Below are positions 26,465 through 35,268 of a stretch of DNA of 64,000 nt, piece by piece; position 1 is the stretch's first letter; each line of letters starts with the position of its first letter. The stretch is from NCBI GenBank assembly GCA_965205015.1, contig OZ242029.1, positions 2,112,001 to 2,176,000 of the forward strand, given 5' to 3'. The position numbers and the translations under genes are program-made. The notes under the pieces were generated by a model. That model was not told where the DNA came from. It searched no databases and saw only the letters and a list, made by a program, of their open reading frames with translations. Source of the DNA: Candidatus Poribacteria bacterium. Its GTDB lineage: Bacteria; Poribacteria; WGA-4E; WGA-3G.

Positions 26465-29400
26465 ATGCGATACGATTCATCAACCTACACAGACCTGACA
26501 GATGAAGAACTCATTCAGCTTGTGCGAGATGGGGATGAGGCGGCGTTTGCCCAACTCGCAGCCCGGCACAGCTCCAGAATTTGGCAGCTGGTGGTTTTAA
26601 ACTCCCGTCAGATCCGCGATGCTGAAGAAATTTTTCAAGATATCTGGGTAGCCGTCTGGGAAAACATCGGCGGCTTACGCGAGGTCAGCAGTTTCGGTGC
26701 TTGGCTCAGGAAGATAGCTTACACCACCTGTAGGAGATATTACACCACCAACTCGCACACAAGGGGTGAAATCCTTCAAAGTGCTGAACAACTCGCTGAA
26801 ACCATCGATCGGGATGTGCTTGCCCGTTTTCGTGAAACCGAACTTCGATCGGCTGTAACAGAAGCCGTACATGACCTTCCAGAGAAGGTGCGCACTGTCG
26901 CAGTGCTGTACTACTTAGAGATGTGGACGATCAAAGAGATTGCAACCGAGCTGGGTTTGGCGGTTGGCACCGTCAAGACAAGACTCAGCCAAATTCGAGC
27001 ACTTCTGCGCGAGGAATTTGGCGTTGAAGAAATTAAGAGGGGAAGAACTATGGCGCATCAAAAAGAGGTATCCAGACCGTCACGGGACAAAACTAAGGTC
27101 TTCGGTGTCGGCAACGCAGGTGGCAACGTTGTCAAACAAATGATTGGATCCGGTTTAAAGGGCATTGAATTTTACGCTGTGAACACAGATTTAGCAGCAC
27201 TCCGCACGTGCGATGGGGCAACACAGGTACAAATCGGTGCTGAAACTACCCAAGGACTCAGTGGGGATGCAAACCCTGAAATCGGCAGGAGAGCCGCTGA
27301 AGAGGACCTGGAAACGCTCAACGCCGCCGTTGCAGACGCTCGTATGGTTTTTGTTACAGCGGGCATGGGGGGTGGAACGGGAACAGGTGCCGCTCCGTTA
27401 ATCGCATCCATCGCTCGAGAGCAGGGCATTTTAACGATAGGTGTTGCGACACTCCCACTTGATGCCGAGGGGCAACGCCGCGCTGAACACGCAGAACTGG
27501 GACTCCATGAACTCCGAGAAAGCACCGATGCCGTTATCGTGATCCCGAATCAGCGGCTTCTTGATACTGTGGATACAGAACCCGCGGCGAGCGACGTGTT
27601 CCGGATGAGCGATGAAACCGCGTTACTCGGCATTAAAAGCATCTCTGATATTATTATGGAGTCCGGCGAGATTACCATTGATTTCACCGATATAGAGGGT
27701 ATCATGAAGGATGCTGGCACGGTGTTGATGGGCATAGGGCAAGCATCCGGTGAAAACAGAGCGCGAGTCGCCATGGAAAACGCTATCGCCTCACCACTGC
27801 TGGACGGGAACAACATCGGGAGCGCAACTGGGCTGATTGTTAATATTAGTGCCACACCAGACTTTATAATGAATGAATTGGATACGGCGATGCGCGTTCT
27901 CCAAGACACAGCATTTGACGCACAGATTATCTTTGGACTCGTCTATAGAGACGACGATCCTGAACCTGCAGGCACGGTTTATGTCACTATCCTCGCCGCG
28001 GGAATTGAGGCACAAAGCGGACCTGCTGTCGCACCCTCCACCCAGCAGCGGGGGAGCTCTCCCGGAGGCGGCGCTCGCGTCTCGTCTACAACCACGTCCG
28101 AATTTGTTCATCTGCACAACCATAGCGAGTATAGCATGCTCGATGGTGCCTGCCGTATTCCAGATATGGTGGACTGGGCAGTTGAGAATAGTGTTCCTGC
28201 TGTCGCACTCACCGACCACGGAAACATGTTCGGCGCATGGGAACTATACAGCAAGGCAACAGAGGCAGGAGTCAACCCAATCATCGGTTGTGAGGTATAT
28301 ATCGCACAGGGGGGTCGACAGACGCGTGGGCAGGAGCAGGAAGATCCTTATCACCTCACGCTGCTCGCCGAAGATGCAACCGGTTACCGAAATCTCTTGG
28401 AATTGGTATCCCTTGGATACACAGAGGGCTTCAATCGCAAACCGCGCATCGACATGGAAATCTTACGTGAACACCGAGACGGGATTATCGCCCTAACGGG
28501 ATGTATCCAAGGACAGGTGCCACAGCTCCTGTGTGCAAATCGGCGCGACGAAGCGGTTCAGAGCTTCAAAACGTTGATGGAGATAATGGGGAATCAGAAC
28601 CTCTATGTTGAGCTGCAAAACCACTACATCGACCAGGAGCTCAAAGCGTATCCGGTGATGGTGCAGCTGGCAAACGAGTTCAATCTTCCGATCGTCGGCA
28701 CAAACGATTGCCACTACCTTCGCAAATCAGATCACGGGATGCACGACGTCCTCCTCTGTATCCAAGCGAAGAAGACTATCAACGATCAAGAGCGGCTCCG
28801 CTATGATAACCACTTCTACTTCAAAAGCGTTGATGAGATGCGAGAGGCACTGAAGGATTACCCGCCGGAGGCTATCAGTAACACGCTTGAAATTGCGAAT
28901 CGGTGCAACCTCGAACTCGACTATCAACAGGATCCGATGCCGAAATACGGGGTCCCCGAAGGACATACACACGATAGTTATCTGAAGGAATTGTGCTACC
29001 AAGGGTTACGTGAAAAATATGGTGAACTCTCCGAACCCATCCAACAACGGATCGATTACGAACTGGATGTCATTAGACAAGGAAACCATGCCAACTATTT
29101 TCTGATTGTGGCAGATTATGTCAACTACGCCCACAAACAAGGCTACCCGCTTTCCGCCCGCGGTTCTGCCGCCGGCAGTCTGGTGCTATACGCACTCGAT
29201 GTGATTGGTTTCAATCCGATGGATCACGGTTGTCTGTTTGAACGATTTTTAAACCGTGAACGTCTCAGTACTCCGGATATTGATATAGATTTCGCCGACC
29301 GCGCACGTGAACATGTAATTGCGTATCTCGCGAGGAAATACGGCGCGGATTCCGTCAGTAAAGTCGCTACCTTTGCGACATTGGGTGCGAAAGCCGCTAT

Positions 29401-30556
29401 CAAAGATGTCGGTCGCGCGCTTGACGTGTCTCTCGAAACTGTCGAAAAGTTGACAGGGCTCATTCCGAGTATTCCGTATATCACGCTTGATGAAGCCTTG
29501 GAACAGGTTCCCGAATTTCAGGCACTCGCTGAACTCCCCGAAAATACGGAGTTGATTGAGCTTAGTAAAGCAGTTGAAGGTATGAAACGACACGTTTCCA
29601 CTCACACCTCTGCAATTGTCGTTTCGGACGGTCCGTTGACGAATTACGTACCACTGTTCAAGGATAGACATGACCAAATCGCGACACAGTTTGAAGGGGA
29701 AACCGTCGAAGATGTCGGTATCGTCAAATTTGATTCCCTCGGCTTACGGAGTCTCACTGAAACGCACGATTGTCTTCAGATGATTGAAGCGAATCGCGGC
29801 GTCAAAATTAAACTGGAAGATATCCCTTTTGGCGATAAGGAAACCTATTCGCTGGTTAGCAAGGGACTCATCGCTGGTTTATTCCAGTTAGCAGCTTCCC
29901 CCGGCATGTATCGGGTTGTCACTGAGCTTAAACCTGACAACTTTGAGGAATTCTGCGCGATTATTGCCCTCTATCGACCAGGTCCTATAGAAAATGGGGA
30001 TATGCAGTGCTACATGGACCGCAAGAATGGGCGGCAGCCCGTGGAATATATACACCCCTCACTTGAGAGCACACTCAAAAGCACTTACGGTGTATGCCTC
30101 TATCAGGAGCAGGTGATGCAGATTGCTCACGATATGGCAGGCTTTACGCTCGCTGAAGCGGACATACTCCGCCACGCGATCGGCAGAAAAATGGATGGGA
30201 AAAATGAGGCGTTACTTACGGCACAGCGTGAGAAATTCGTTGAGGGCGCAATAGAAAAGGGTTTTGATAAAGAAGAGGCTGAAAGGGTATTCGAGTCGCT
30301 TGAACCTTCTGCACGTTATGCCTTTAACAAGGCGCATGCCGTCGCCTACTCAATGTTAGCGTATCGCATGGCTTATCTCAAAACGCACTATCCGCACGAA
30401 TTTATGGCGACAATGATGATGGGTGAGGCAGACGATTCAGCAAAAATTGCCTACTACCGAGAGGAGTGTGAAGAGCTCTCTAACTTCTTAGGTGTAAGGA
30501 TCGATCCGCTTCCGCTTGCCGCGCAATCCCACGACGCCGCTGGCGAGGTTTCCTAA
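26465..30556 (+). CDS. Fusion protein: ECF sigma-70 factor plus FtsZ GTPase core plus DNA polymerase III alpha (PHP and polymerase core, C-terminally truncated)
   Basis: aa ~1-190: sigma regions 2 and 4 (DAEEIFQD, FGAWLRKIA, GTVKTRL). aa ~208-515: FtsZ (GVGNAGGN, AVNTD, GMGGGTGTG). aa ~547-1345: DnaE (FVHLHNHSEYSMLDG, TDHG, TNDCHY, RGSAAGS, PDIDIDF, KFDSLGL, LYRPGP, YQEQVM, FNKAHA). Confidence 0.93.
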   Translation: MRYDSSTYTDLTDEELIQLVRDGDEAAFAQLAARHSSRIWQLVVLNSRQIRDAEEIFQDIWVAVWENIGGLREVSSFGAWLRKIAYTTCRRYYTTNSHTRGEILQSAEQLAETIDRDVLARFRETELRSAVTEAVHDLPEKVRTVAVLYYLEMWTIKEIATELGLAVGTVKTRLSQIRALLREEFGVEEIKRGRTMAHQKEVSRPSRDKTKVFGVGNAGGNVVKQMIGSGLKGIEFYAVNTDLAALRTCDGATQVQIGAETTQGLSGDANPEIGRRAAEEDLETLNAAVADARMVFVTAGMGGGTGTGAAPLIASIAREQGILTIGVATLPLDAEGQRRAEHAELGLHELRESTDAVIVIPNQRLLDTVDTEPAASDVFRMSDETALLGIKSISDIIMESGEITIDFTDIEGIMKDAGTVLMGIGQASGENRARVAMENAIASPLLDGNNIGSATGLIVNISATPDFIMNELDTAMRVLQDTAFDAQIIFGLVYRDDDPEPAGTVYVTILAAGIEAQSGPAVAPSTQQRGSSPGGGARVSSTTTSEFVHLHNHSEYSMLDGACRIPDMVDWAVENSVPAVALTDHGNMFGAWELYSKATEAGVNPIIGCEVYIAQGGRQTRGQEQEDPYHLTLLAEDATGYRNLLELVSLGYTEGFNRKPRIDMEILREHRDGIIALTGCIQGQVPQLLCANRRDEAVQSFKTLMEIMGNQNLYVELQNHYIDQELKAYPVMVQLANEFNLPIVGTNDCHYLRKSDHGMHDVLLCIQAKKTINDQERLRYDNHFYFKSVDEMREALKDYPPEAISNTLEIANRCNLELDYQQDPMPKYGVPEGHTHDSYLKELCYQGLREKYGELSEPIQQRIDYELDVIRQGNHANYFLIVADYVNYAHKQGYPLSARGSAAGSLVLYALDVIGFNPMDHGCLFERFLNRERLSTPDIDIDFADRAREHVIAYLARKYGADSVSKVATFATLGAKAAIKDVGRALDVSLETVEKLTGLIPSIPYITLDEALEQVPEFQALAELPENTELIELSKAVEGMKRHVSTHTSAIVVSDGPLTNYVPLFKDRHDQIATQFEGETVEDVGIVKFDSLGLRSLTETHDCLQMIEANRGVKIKLEDIPFGDKETYSLVSKGLIAGLFQLAASPGMYRVVTELKPDNFEEFCAIIALYRPGPIENGDMQCYMDRKNGRQPVEYIHPSLESTLKSTYGVCLYQEQVMQIAHDMAGFTLAEADILRHAIGRKMDGKNEALLTAQREKFVEGAIEKGFDKEEAERVFESLEPSARYAFNKAHAVAYSMLAYRMAYLKTHYPHEFMATMMMGEADDSAKIAYYREECEELSNFLGVRIDPLPLAAQSHDAAGEVS

Positions 30557-30598
30557 CCTCGCCCTTAGGGGGTATAGGTAATTCTAAAATCTGCTATA
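30542..30598. repeat. REP palindrome plus the right-end sequence of the 6266-type MITE
   Basis: GGCGAGGTT-TCCT-AACCTCGCC followed by GGTAATTCTAAAATCTGCTATA (compare AGTAATTCTAAAATCCACCATA). It contains the stop codon of the fusion ORF. Confidence 0.6.
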
Positions 30599-30601
30599 AG
30601 A

Positions 30602-31987
30602 CTATTTCGCCAGATTTCGTGCCTTTTTGAACTTCTCTTTAGCGAATTGTCCCCAGTCCTTGATTTTTTCGTTGCGGACAGTCGGATCCTTCCAGTCGCT
30701 ACGTGCCAGGTGCATCGCTTCTTCTTCGGTGATTGGCATCTTCGTTAAAACCGCAATCGCTGCTTCGCGTTTCGCCGGGTCCTTACACTTCCGGATTGCC
30801 TTCCATGCGTTGACGAGATCTTTATGCGAATCAATAATTAAAACACCAAAGAGACCGTTGACAACATCCCATCGCTTACTGCCTTTATCTGGGTTGTATT
30901 GGAACGGGGTTCCCTCCATAGTGAATGGATTTGGGACGGTGCATCGCTCGCCTAATTTGTCATAAAGTGTTGGTAGTACACTTGCACGGTTTAAACCACC
31001 CTTCCATTGAGGTCCATCTGGATCAGTATCGCGGAGCATCCAGAGTTTCTGGGCATCTTCCGATAAAACGAATTCAAGGAACTTTTGTGCGACAGGCATG
31101 TTCGGTGCCCCTTTGAGGATTGCAATAGGATCCGCATTGATGACCGCGCCATCGGCGGGAACAACATATTTGATCTTATCCGCACCGACAACCGCAATTT
31201 GGCCGTAGGCATAAAAATCAATTGCGAGTCCATAAATGACCTGTCCGGCGACGACATCTGTCGGAATAGCGTTCGCACCAGCGGAGAAGCCGCGAACATT
31301 ACCTCCAAGTTTCGTCAGGAGTGCGAACCCTTCGTCCCATCCGAGCGTTTGAAGGATAATCTCATACACCATATGCGCCGAACCACTCTCTCTTGGGTCG
31401 GCGGCACCAATTTTACCGAGCAACGCCACATCACCCAAATCCCGCCATGTCGTGACTTTCGGAAAACTGAGCATTTCACGTAGCTCTTCATTGTACATGA
31501 TGCCGAAACTTGATAACGCCGCACCGTACCACTGATGTTTGGCATCGTAGAACGGGATACCTTGAAACGATTGCGTCATCTGTGCCAGTTGCGTCTCAGG
31601 GAGTTTGTAAGCGTTCAACCAACCGTTATTTGAAAGGCGGAGATAATTGTCAGTGCCACCCCCAAAGAAAATATCGACACCAATGCCATCTGGCACGCGC
31701 TTAAACTCCGATTCAATGAACCGATAGTTGGAAGAAGTGCCACCTACATCTCGCCAGTCAGTTTTGACAGTTCTACCCGTTTGTTCCTCATACCATTTCT
31801 CGAAATTATTTCCAAACTCCGTCTCAATTCCCTCTGGATGTGGCGAAATAATGATAAGTTCGTCCTGTGCAAACGAAATAGGCGGTAGTACCAAAAGACA
31901 GAATACAATCCCCCATGTCACAAGAGATACGCTGCAACATCTGAGGGGTTTTAAATAGGACATATTTTTCACGCTCCTTTTTGACAC
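30602..31987 (-). CDS. ABC transporter extracellular solute-binding protein (Fe3+/thiamine-like cluster)
   Basis: Signal peptide, IISPH, DIFFGGG, ADPRESGS, AIDFYA, DPIAILKGAPN. Confidence 0.85.
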   Translation of the reverse strand: MSKRSVKNMSYLKPLRCCSVSLVTWGIVFCLLVLPPISFAQDELIIISPHPEGIETEFGNNFEKWYEEQTGRTVKTDWRDVGGTSSNYRFIESEFKRVPDGIGVDIFFGGGTDNYLRLSNNGWLNAYKLPETQLAQMTQSFQGIPFYDAKHQWYGAALSSFGIMYNEELREMLSFPKVTTWRDLGDVALLGKIGAADPRESGSAHMVYEIILQTLGWDEGFALLTKLGGNVRGFSAGANAIPTDVVAGQVIYGLAIDFYAYGQIAVVGADKIKYVVPADGAVINADPIAILKGAPNMPVAQKFLEFVLSEDAQKLWMLRDTDPDGPQWKGGLNRASVLPTLYDKLGERCTVPNPFTMEGTPFQYNPDKGSKRWDVVNGLFGVLIIDSHKDLVNAWKAIRKCKDPAKREAAIAVLTKMPITEEEAMHLARSDWKDPTVRNEKIKDWGQFAKEKFKKARNLAK

Positions 31988-32010
31988 GGAGTAATACTGA
32001 AGGCAGGCAG

Positions 32011-32985
32011 TTACGGGGACAATGTTGGTTGCTGATCTAAAATATATTTAATCGGATTCACCCACCGCTCTTTTGGCATATCATAAATGCCATAGTGAAG
32101 GTGTGCACCCGTGCTACGACCGGTATTTCCGACGTAGCCGATAATCTGACCGCGCGCCACTTTTTCCCCAACTTTGAGGCCTTCCGCGTAACCTTCCAAA
32201 TGTGCGTATAACGTTTTGAACTTCTCTCCTTCATGGTCAATCTCAACGGTCTCTCCTAAATAGCCGCTCATTCCAACCTTCACAACGCTGCCAGCAGCAG
32301 CAGCGATGACAGGAACCCCAGATTGGGTTTTAATATCCAATCCTTGGTGAAACTCGCGTTTCTTCGTCAATGGGTGGGTGCGCCACCCAAACCGAGATGA
32401 ATACCAATAAACGTGTTTCTCTCCGCCCTCTTGTTCGAGTTTCACCGGTAGAATCGAAGGATATCCATCAAGCAGTTTTTGATGTTCGCTGATATGGTCA
32501 TGGAGCAGCAGAATCTTATGTTTCAGGAGACTGGGCGTTAGCGCTTCCTGTTTTTCGTGTCTATCATTCGAGGTGCCATCCATCGCAGGGACATTTGCCT
32601 GCTGTGTATCCGCTGACCCCTCAGTCTCTTCGGGGACCCAAGAGCCGCTACTGTCCCCACCACCTTGACCCAGGATACCTAAAGCCTCCTGAATCTGTTC
32701 TACCATCTCGAGGATATCTTTCATCTCCTCATTAACATCAGCGAGTTCCGATTCAGCTTGGTGTTTTGCCTGTGTGAGTTGTTCAATTTGTTGCTCCGTA
32801 CTCGCCAGTAATTCCTTTTCAGAACCGGTTCTTTGCTGCTTTTGGGAGAGTCCGTAATTGATCCCACCGATTCCCCCCAGGCATAGGAGCAAGAGGGCAG
32901 AAAAGAAAAGCAATATATGTCCTCGGCTGATTGTATGCTGGCGGACTAAGTTCCTACGAGATGACATAACGATAAGCGTATACAT
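32011..32985 (-). CDS. M23 family metallopeptidase with TM segment and coiled coil
   Basis: FHQGLDI (HxxxD), YAHL, GNTGRSTGAHLHY. Confidence 0.92.
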   Translation of the reverse strand: MYTLIVMSSRRNLVRQHTISRGHILLFFSALLLLCLGGIGGINYGLSQKQQRTGSEKELLASTEQQIEQLTQAKHQAESELADVNEEMKDILEMVEQIQEALGILGQGGGDSSGSWVPEETEGSADTQQANVPAMDGTSNDRHEKQEALTPSLLKHKILLLHDHISEHQKLLDGYPSILPVKLEQEGGEKHVYWYSSRFGWRTHPLTKKREFHQGLDIKTQSGVPVIAAAAGSVVKVGMSGYLGETVEIDHEGEKFKTLYAHLEGYAEGLKVGEKVARGQIIGYVGNTGRSTGAHLHYGIYDMPKERWVNPIKYILDQQPTLSP

Positions 32986-33255
32986 CTAATAAATCCTCCT
33001 TTACGCTCTGACGCTTTCATGGTCCCTAAGATAGGCTATATTCTGGACCTTTCTCACTAAAGGCAAGTGGCTCGATTTCTTCAACAACATTAAAAATACC
33101 ACGAAAACGTAACTAAATCAAGTAAAAAACGTTTAAAACACGTCACAGGGGTGTTGTTTGTCCAAAAATGTTACCATGCAAACACATTGTAAAGAGCAAT
33201 CTGACTGAAAAAGCCGATTTCCATAATCAACTGAACTGAATTCCTCTCTCCTATT

Positions 33256-33390
33256 TTACAAGCGGGCAACAATCGCTGGCATTTTCCAGACAAGAACGAT
33301 GATAGCACCCAGTAGAATGAGGTACCACACAATTAAGGCGCGAAGGCGTGTTCTTTTGAAAATGCGAGGGCGAGAGCGTTTCAGTCTCAT
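33256..33390 (-). CDS. Small basic single-TM protein (44 aa)
   Basis: AAGGA SD, Arg-rich N-terminus, then LIVWYLILLGAIIVLVW. Confidence 0.45.
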   Translation of the reverse strand: MRLKRSRPRIFKRTRLRALIVWYLILLGAIIVLVWKMPAIVARL

Positions 33391-33479
33391 AATTTGTTCC
33401 TTTTTTTCGTCGTGAAATTCGCGTAAATGCCCAAGATACACCCTGTACTACAGAATTAACCCGTATGGAATTCAGCACC

Positions 33480-34409
33480 TCACCGCTTACTCGCATTTTT
33501 TTTCAAAACACGAATCCCAGAAATGCGGTATTTGAAGACTTCGTCTACGTTAAATTCAAAGTCTTCATATTCAACTTTTTCGCCTTTTTCTGGCAATCGC
33601 CCGAGCAGCATGAGAATAAAACCGCCGATAGTATCACACTGTTCTGTCGGAATTCGGATATTTAACGCCGCATTGACTTCGGAAATTAACACCCGCGCAT
33701 CAATCCGCCACTCGCTCCTGCCGAGTTGCTCCACACGAGGCGTCTCGCGTTTCCGATTTGTCGCTATTTCGCCGACGAACTTTTCCAAAATATCTATTAA
33801 TTCTACAATGCCGACACAACTTCCGTGTTCGTTAACCACTATCGCTATAGGAACCTCGGATTGCCGCAGTTCGTTTAATAAGTCCAAGGCGGACTTCAGC
33901 GCGGGTACATAACGCACCTCCCTTACAAATAGTGCTAAATCATGATCATGTTGCTCGCTTGTGACGATTTCCATGGCATCAACCACTCCGATCAACCAAT
34001 CAACACGCTCGTTATAGACAGGGATGTAACGATAGTTGGAAGCGCGGCAGTACTGCGGAATTTCAGAACATGGCGATCCGACTATCAGCGGAACTATCTC
34101 AGACAAGGGAACCATCACCTCCTGCACCGTCAATGTTTTCAAATTGAAGATTGCCTGTAAGAGGTGTCCTTCGTGTTCGGGAAACGCCTGAATGTTCTCC
34201 TGAATTAACTGCACAAGTTGTCCGGCAGACAATATCGACTTGCGTCCCGATTTCCCGAAGAACCCTTTTTTTTCAGAAGCAATTTGCTGTTGATTATAAA
34301 CAACAAGAGCATTAGATTCCGCCCCTTTTACTTCCGCATCGCCCTGCTTTCTAACAGCAAGCATCTGGCTGTTATTTTCTTCTGAAATGTCTTTGGTAAT
34401 TTCGTCCAT
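33480..34409 (-). CDS. CBS-pair plus CorC/HlyC transporter-associated domain protein
   Basis: VQEVMVP, YIPVY, VVNEHGSCVGIV, DILEKFVGEI, DTIGGFI...GRLP. Confidence 0.85.
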   Translation of the reverse strand: MDEITKDISEENNSQMLAVRKQGDAEVKGAESNALVVYNQQQIASEKKGFFGKSGRKSILSAGQLVQLIQENIQAFPEHEGHLLQAIFNLKTLTVQEVMVPLSEIVPLIVGSPCSEIPQYCRASNYRYIPVYNERVDWLIGVVDAMEIVTSEQHDHDLALFVREVRYVPALKSALDLLNELRQSEVPIAIVVNEHGSCVGIVELIDILEKFVGEIATNRKRETPRVEQLGRSEWRIDARVLISEVNAALNIRIPTEQCDTIGGFILMLLGRLPEKGEKVEYEDFEFNVDEVFKYRISGIRVLKKNASKR

Positions 34410-34448
34410 AGTGGTGACAATATAGCCCTCCGTCTGTTTGAGGATTCT

Positions 34449-35267
34449 CTATGTTTGCGCAACAAGCGTCAATTCTGTTTTACCATCGAGTCCCGCAACA
34501 ACGGGAAATGTTTTCTCGCTTGGCTTTCCATCTTTCGGCACATACCGGACCTGCGGTGAAAAGTAGGCATACAACGCCGTGTTCCGCGGGTTGGGCGTGG
34601 TGTTTGGTCCGGAACCGTGTACCATTAAACTATGAAAAAATAAACCACTTCCTGCCGAGAGTGGGACATCCATCTGTTGTTCCGCGACCTCCGTCCGATC
34701 CGTGAGTTCTGCACCCTGCTGACGGGCAATATGTCCCCATGACTGCACTCCCCACAGATGGCTTCTTGGAATTACCTTGAAACACCCATTTTCAACTGTA
34801 GCGTCGTTGAGGGCAATACTCACGGTAACAAGGTTCGGAGGCTCCATGGGCCAGTACGCTGAGTCTTGGTGCAACCCGTGCGAAGAGCCATGAAACGCCG
34901 GTTTGAACATCAGTGTGCTTCTAAAGAGCAACAGGTCTATTCCAATGAGTTCTTGGACAACGCTGATGAGCTTCGGATGCTGTGCAAGGTCTCGAAATAC
35001 TTTGGAGTACTGACGCGTATTTTCTGCCTTTCGCAGCACGGGTAAATTGTCCGCTTGTGTTTCATCTTGGGCGAACGGTTCACGCTGCACGTGCCGACGG
35101 GCGACCTCTGCCTGTTCCTTCTCCGCATCAGACTCCTGTCCTGCTGCAAACTGATGCAAACGGTGAATCTCCGTTTGGCACCTTTCCACTTCTGCTGCCG
35201 ATAACAGGTCCTCAACAACGAGATACCCTTCCTTTTCAAAAAACGCTTTTCGCGCCTTCATGTCCAT
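34449..35267 (-). CDS. Phytanoyl-CoA dioxygenase (PhyH) family protein
   Basis: EGYLVV, HQDSAYW, ENGCF..IPRSH, FHSLMVHGSGPN. Confidence 0.9.
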   Translation of the reverse strand: MDMKARKAFFEKEGYLVVEDLLSAAEVERCQTEIHRLHQFAAGQESDAEKEQAEVARRHVQREPFAQDETQADNLPVLRKAENTRQYSKVFRDLAQHPKLISVVQELIGIDLLLFRSTLMFKPAFHGSSHGLHQDSAYWPMEPPNLVTVSIALNDATVENGCFKVIPRSHLWGVQSWGHIARQQGAELTDRTEVAEQQMDVPLSAGSGLFFHSLMVHGSGPNTTPNPRNTALYAYFSPQVRYVPKDGKPSEKTFPVVAGLDGKTELTLVAQT

Positions 35268-35268
35268 T

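Noticed and set aside
27873-28496. 207-aa alternative-frame ORF across the FtsZ/DnaE junction
   Set aside because: No recognisable motifs. The main frame carries both domains without any frameshift.
28103-30556. Intein in DnaE, or an ImuABC/DnaE2 mutasome
   Set aside because: There is no intein-sized insertion or C/S...HN splice motif, and no imuA/imuB nearby. A split-intein N-fragment is also not evident at the truncated end.
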